This document shows positions 8,439 to 14,531 of a DNA stretch of 14,531 bases, piece after piece. The notes beneath the pieces are model-generated. The model had not been told where the DNA came from. It worked only from the letters and a program-made list of their open reading frames with translations, and ran no database searches. Position 1 is the first letter of the stretch. Every line of letters starts with the position of its first letter. Location: the NCBI GenBank assembly GCA_051117555.1, contig JBNPEG010000050.1, forward strand, positions 1 through 14,531. Direction: 5' to 3'. This DNA is from Elainellaceae cyanobacterium. GTDB lineage: Bacteria; Cyanobacteriota; Cyanobacteriia; CAZCXK01. The translations under genes were made by a program, and so were the position numbers.

Positions 8439-9260
8439 ATGAGCTTAGAGTCATACACGGAACCTGTGTCTCAACTATTAAACTGTGATGCCAGTCTCAC
8501 GTATCGCGACTGGTTTGATTATCCCGGGCAGTTGGGGCTCACTCAGTCTGATGTTCCCGAACTGATTCGGATGGCGATCGATCCTCAGTTCAACGAGCTT
8601 GATTCCGACTCTCAAGAGGTCTGGGCACCCATTCACGCGATTCGAGCATTGGGGCAGTTGCGCGCAGAAGAGGCGATCGCCCCTTTGATTTCGCTTTTCA
8701 CCGTTGAGGATGACTATTTTCGGCAAGATTTGCCCGATGTGTTGGGGCTGATAGGTCCAGCGGCGATCGCTCCACTGGCCGCTTTCCTAGAGGATACCGA
8801 ACAAGACGTGTGGGCAAGAGTGCTGGCCGTTAATAGTCTTGAGCAGATCGCGCATCGACATCCTGACCACCAATCAGACTGCGTTGAGGTGATGATGACT
8901 TGGCTAGCGCGCTACCGCGAAAATGATGAAATTTTGGATTCAACCCTGATTGATTGCCTGACTCAGTTAAAAGCTCAAGAGGCGGCTCCTCTAATCGAGG
9001 AGGTCTTCGCCCACAAAGACGTGGATGAAATGCTGACTGGCAGCCCAGCAATGGTGCGAGTGCAGCTCGGCTTAAATCAAGAGTCAGATTTTAGCTCTGA
9101 GGAATTGAAGCCCAAGACTCCAGAGAGTATGAAGCAAATCAAGGAAATTCTAAAACTCTTTGATCTACAAGCCACTTCACCTCAAGGCTTTGGCAAAGCC
9201 TCGTCGTCTCAGACGCAAAAGACGAAAAAATCAAAGAAAAAGAAGAAGAAAAAGCGCTAA
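8439..9260 (+). CDS. HEAT/PBS-lyase-like repeat protein (DUF1186-like) with a basic C-terminal tail
   Basis: WAPIHAIRALGQLRAEEAIAPLISL, LGLIGPAAIAPLAAFL and LTQLKAQEAAPLIEEVF helical repeats; acidic body; ends PQGFG...KTKKSKKKKKKR. Confidence 0.72.
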   Translation: MSLESYTEPVSQLLNCDASLTYRDWFDYPGQLGLTQSDVPELIRMAIDPQFNELDSDSQEVWAPIHAIRALGQLRAEEAIAPLISLFTVEDDYFRQDLPDVLGLIGPAAIAPLAAFLEDTEQDVWARVLAVNSLEQIAHRHPDHQSDCVEVMMTWLARYRENDEILDSTLIDCLTQLKAQEAAPLIEEVFAHKDVDEMLTGSPAMVRVQLGLNQESDFSSEELKPKTPESMKQIKEILKLFDLQATSPQGFGKASSSQTQKTKKSKKKKKKKR

Positions 9261-9596
9261 TACCACTTCGTCGCTAGTAACTTACCAAGTTGCGGACCTT
9301 AACCGCTTCAGCGTGAAACCATCAGATTCAGAGTAGCCAAATTCAGGGAAGATCGTCCTGCTGACAGCCAAGGTCTCTTCTAAATTTCCTCTAGTTCTGT
9401 CACAAGACCTGCCCTCACTGTCTGTGTGTGGCTAAGTAAAACGTTATTACGCATTGTAACAATTGTTTATTTCTGGTGCCCCAGAGCAGGCCCGGGTGAT
9501 GTAATCTTGGCTTATAAGAAGTCATAACGAATGTGACTTAGCACTCACGATTAAGTTCTTTGGAAGGTGTGAGGACAGGTCACTATCCCTCAAGTA

Positions 9597-9734
9597 GTTT
9601 CTCTCCTCATCAGTCTCGTTGCGGAGAATGCTGAATGCAAGGCAGAAACGGGGTAAATCGTGCCCGGTCACGAGGATGAGAAACCTAAGCATACGGCTGT
9701 GCTGATGCAAATTTGGCAGACGATACTCTCTGCC
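9597..9734 (+). promoter_or_regulatory. Putative structured leader upstream of katG (multibranch stem plus two hairpins)
   Basis: GTTTCTC-TCCTC (9597-9608) can pair with GAGGA-T-GAGAAAC (9672-9684), enclosing smaller hairpins. Then AGCATA-CGGC-TGTGCT (9688-9703) and GGCAGA-N8-TCTGCC (9715-9734). Pairings were read by eye only. Confidence 0.35.
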
Positions 9735-9755
9735 TATTAAAAACCGCACAGATAA

Positions 9756-12140
<2,385 letters not shown>

Positions 12141-12167
12141 TCTAGACAAAAACCTCTTCGCAGGTAA

Positions 12168-12217
12168 GCGTAACCTCAACCGATGTTCTGTCGATGAGAA
12201 CTAGGTTGAGGTTACGC
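12168..12217. terminator. Strong stem-loop 27 bp after the katG stop (terminator or 3' stabiliser)
   Basis: Perfect 14-bp inverted repeat GCGTAACCTCAACC (12168-12181) / GGTTGAGGTTACGC (12204-12217) with inner stem GTTCT/AGAAC; no U-tract on the + strand. Confidence 0.7.
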
Positions 12218-12365
12218 GCATTGAAGCCTAATGTCCCGGTCACTCGTGGTAGATCACGTTGCGAAATTGATGAATGATAGGGAAACCATTAGCCCACCAA
12301 CCACCCGTTGTACGGGCATGACATTGTCATGCCCCTCCGAAAATCATTCGCCGATGAGCAATGCC

Positions 12366-12729
12366 CGGATATTTGTGGGTGAACTTCAGATATTCACGCG
12401 GGATACTCAGATATTCACCTGGGATACTCAGATATTCACGCGGGATACTCAGATATTCACGCGGGATACTCAAACATTCACGCGGGATACTCAGATATTC
12501 ACCTGGGATACTCAAACATTCACGCGGGATACTCAGATATTCAACGGTGAACCTCAGATATTCACGTGGGATACTCAGATATTCAGCGGGGATGTGTGGG
12601 ATATTGATTGGCGATGATTAGACATTCACGTGTGATGCTCAGATATTTGTGGGTGAACCTCAGATATTCATGGGTGATGCTCAAAGATTCAACACTGAAC
12701 CTCAGATATTCATTGATGAACCTCAGATT
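12366..12729. repeat. Tandem array of about 17 copies of a 21-bp unit (consensus CAGATATTCACGCGGGATACT)
   Basis: Units start at 12366, 12387, 12408, 12429, 12450, 12471, 12492, 12513, 12534, 12555, 12576, 12597 (22 bp), 12619, 12640, 12661, 12682 and 12703, with a partial unit at 12724. No spacers. Confidence 0.95.
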
Positions 12730-12848
12730 GATAGTTGGGCAGAGTTGCAACATTTCCTACCACTGATCAGCGTTGGGGATGCTGCAACCCGGATGCTTAA
12801 TGAACCGAACTCGTTCAGCGTCAAGCGTAAAAAGTAGATGCTGTTAGA

Positions 12849-14531
12849 TTATTGAGGCTTCTCTTCAGGCAACATGCACTTGTCAGAATCGCACCCTGCT
12901 GGGCCAGCTTCGGTCATATAACCCGAATCGTGACGCATCAGCGCCGCGTAGAACTCTTCGACCTGACGACGCTCTTGAACGTGCTGCATCATCTGATCAA
13001 ACACATCTTTACTAATCGGCTCGAAGGGCAACCGAGGAAAGGTTTGGTGGTCATCAAACCGAGCCAGCAGTGCCGCAGAGATGTAGCCCTTGTCATCCCG
13101 AATCGTTTCATGAATTTGAGTCCCTAGGGCATCGATTTCATGCTCGCGCAGCTCAATCGTGGCAGAGGTATTGTGGGTGGTATAGTGCGTCTGCACCTGC
13201 ATGTAAAAGTCAAACTGCGCCAGCGCAGAAAACTTGCCGATGTCGATCTGATCGGCACCGAGAAGGTTTGCCCAAGATACTTCAGTGGGAATTTCGACGA
13301 GCCATTCGGTGCATCGTGGATCAAACGGATCGTCGAGCAATCGACCGTCTTCGTCTTTGTCAGACTGGGCAGGCACAATGGAATAGCCATAGTCTAGACA
13401 GGCGAGTGCTACCGGGTCGCTTTTGCCAAAGGTGATGCGGCGGATAAATCGCTGCGCTTTGGGGGGATGCCAGCCCGGCGATGCGCCTGTGAGCAGACTT
13501 TTGGTTCCTGCGGGCTGAACCGTGGTGCAGCGGTTAGGACGCTTTAACCCGTGGCGATCGCAATAGTCCCATACGGTTTGGTGAACAACATCTCGCCAGC
13601 GATTGAGGTAGGCTTGCTCACGCTGCTTGAATTCAAGCCCTTTCATCGTATCGGGGCGACCGGCTTCCCACCAGCGCAGCCAGTCAACTCCCAGCGCATG
13701 CACAAAGAAGTCAAACAGCCCCGTGAATGAAACGCCGACAATCGGGTCTGTTTCACGAGAGGCTTGATAGCGAGGTTCCACAAATCGATGGTTTAGCAAC
13801 GCCGCAACGGCAAGCGCGCCTGCCCTAAACGCGTCGTCTTGTTCTTGAACATTATTGGGATCAAGCTGATTGAGATGGACTTCTGCCAGATTGCAGTGGA
13901 AGTTTTCCCCGATGATTTCCCCACACGGATTCAGACCATAGCGTCCATCCCCTTGGGCACGTCGCTTTGCTTCACCCGCCCACTGAATCGCGCCTTCGCC
14001 CGAATAATATTGCTTCCGAACTGCCTGGATGCACTCGTCTAGGCTCGGCTTTTGATGAAAGACGCGGGTATGATTTGCCATCCGCAGTGCATCCCGTTCT
14101 GGGTCGATGCGCCAGTTTCCGTCCTCGTCCTGCATCCAAAGGTTTTCCTTTGCCGTGGCAGCGAGTTCGTCATCACTGCTAAACTGTCGCATGCCTGCCG
14201 ATCGCCGGATATTACCCGCCACCACGCAAGCTGCGGCTTCGTCGATGAGCAGACAGCATTCCACTGAATTTAACTGACGACCCACCGCTTTATTGAGAAT
14301 TCTGGCGCATCGAGCATAAAGCCCCGGCAATCGCACCGGATTTGCAACTCCGCCAAAGCCTTTCAGCTTTTCTCCGGCTGGGCGAACGTCGCTTAAGTCA
14401 ATCGTGACGTGGATGCCGCCTGAGGTGTTGCCCGAAAATTGTTCATCTGTTGACAGCTCAAGCAGCGATTGATACGACATCACCCAGCCTTGACGACTAT
14501 CACCTACCTTGATTGTGACGCGATCGCCCCG
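12849..14531 (-). CDS. nrdJ: Class II adenosylcobalamin-dependent ribonucleoside-triphosphate reductase (monomeric type); 5' end lies outside the window
   Basis: Frame is open to the window end (RGDRVTIKVGDSRQGWV...). Motifs VRPAGEKLKGFGGVANP, VVAGNIRRSA, GLNPCGE (thiyl Cys), CNLAEV, TTVQPAGTKSLL, HNTSAT and C-terminal GCDSDKC redox pair. Confidence 0.95.
   Translation of the reverse strand, partial: RGDRVTIKVGDSRQGWVMSYQSLLELSTDEQFSGNTSGGIHVTIDLSDVRPAGEKLKGFGGVANPVRLPGLYARCARILNKAVGRQLNSVECCLLIDEAAACVVAGNIRRSAGMRQFSSDDELAATAKENLWMQDEDGNWRIDPERDALRMANHTRVFHQKPSLDECIQAVRKQYYSGEGAIQWAGEAKRRAQGDGRYGLNPCGEIIGENFHCNLAEVHLNQLDPNNVQEQDDAFRAGALAVAALLNHRFVEPRYQASRETDPIVGVSFTGLFDFFVHALGVDWLRWWEAGRPDTMKGLEFKQREQAYLNRWRDVVHQTVWDYCDRHGLKRPNRCTTVQPAGTKSLLTGASPGWHPPKAQRFIRRITFGKSDPVALACLDYGYSIVPAQSDKDEDGRLLDDPFDPRCTEWLVEIPTEVSWANLLGADQIDIGKFSALAQFDFYMQVQTHYTTHNTSATIELREHEIDALGTQIHETIRDDKGYISAALLARFDDHQTFPRLPFEPISKDVFDQMMQHVQERRQVEEFYAALMRHDSGYMTEAGPAGCDSDKCMLPEEKPQ

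Noticed and set aside
9436..9470. NtcA or PerR/Fur box upstream of katG
   Set aside because: GTA..TAC at 9436-9450 has N9 rather than N8 spacing, and the AACAATTGTT palindrome does not match a Per/Fur consensus well enough to call.
9532..9549. CRP-type site TGTGA...TCACG
   Set aside because: The spacer is 8 nt rather than 6.
9606..9680. SAM-I riboswitch suggested by CTCATC...GATGAG
   Set aside because: The core elements (AUCxAGAG, kink-turn P2, GCAAC, GUGC) are missing and the downstream gene is unrelated to sulfur metabolism.
12366..12729. CRISPR array interpretation of the 21-bp repeats
   Set aside because: Units are head-to-tail with no unique 25-45-nt spacers, the variable parts recur, and no cas genes are in the window.
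12231..12837. Plus-strand ORFs 12231-12617, 12361-12621 and 12649-12837 as genes
   Set aside because: They are open mainly because the repeat unit is a stop-free multiple of 3. There is no convincing RBS and the QIF register has TAG at 12619. Not called as CDS.
12849..14531. Intein or intron in nrdJ
   Set aside because: RNR motifs are contiguous, with no splice-junction (C...HN) or LAGLIDADG segments in the visible portion.

Overview
Cyanobacterial chromosomal segment, judged from at least 22 HIP1 octamers (GCGATCGC) and the gene content. Left to right: a 5'-truncated hopanoid-associated glycosyltransferase (HpnB-like, +) converges on a minus-strand run of deoC, recO, an MFS transporter, a GT4 glycosyltransferase and an HpnG-like nucleoside phosphorylase. 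A divergent intergenic region carries short tandem duplications and a ~195-bp composite REP/MITE-like element with apparent nested mini-insertions. Next come a DUF2157-like membrane protein, a HEAT/DUF1186-like protein with a poly-Lys tail and a catalase-peroxidase katG. katG has an unusual N-terminal extension with two Cys-Pro-Phe motifs and a long, hairpin-rich upstream region whose small ORFs resemble that extension. After katG there is a strong hairpin and a ~17-copy 21-bp tandem array that is nearly open on both strands, then the 3' part of a class II (B12-dependent) ribonucleotide reductase nrdJ (-). The most interesting unexplained signals are the katG leader/N-terminal echo, the 21-bp array and the nested repeat element. 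All family assignments come from motif recognition, not database searches.
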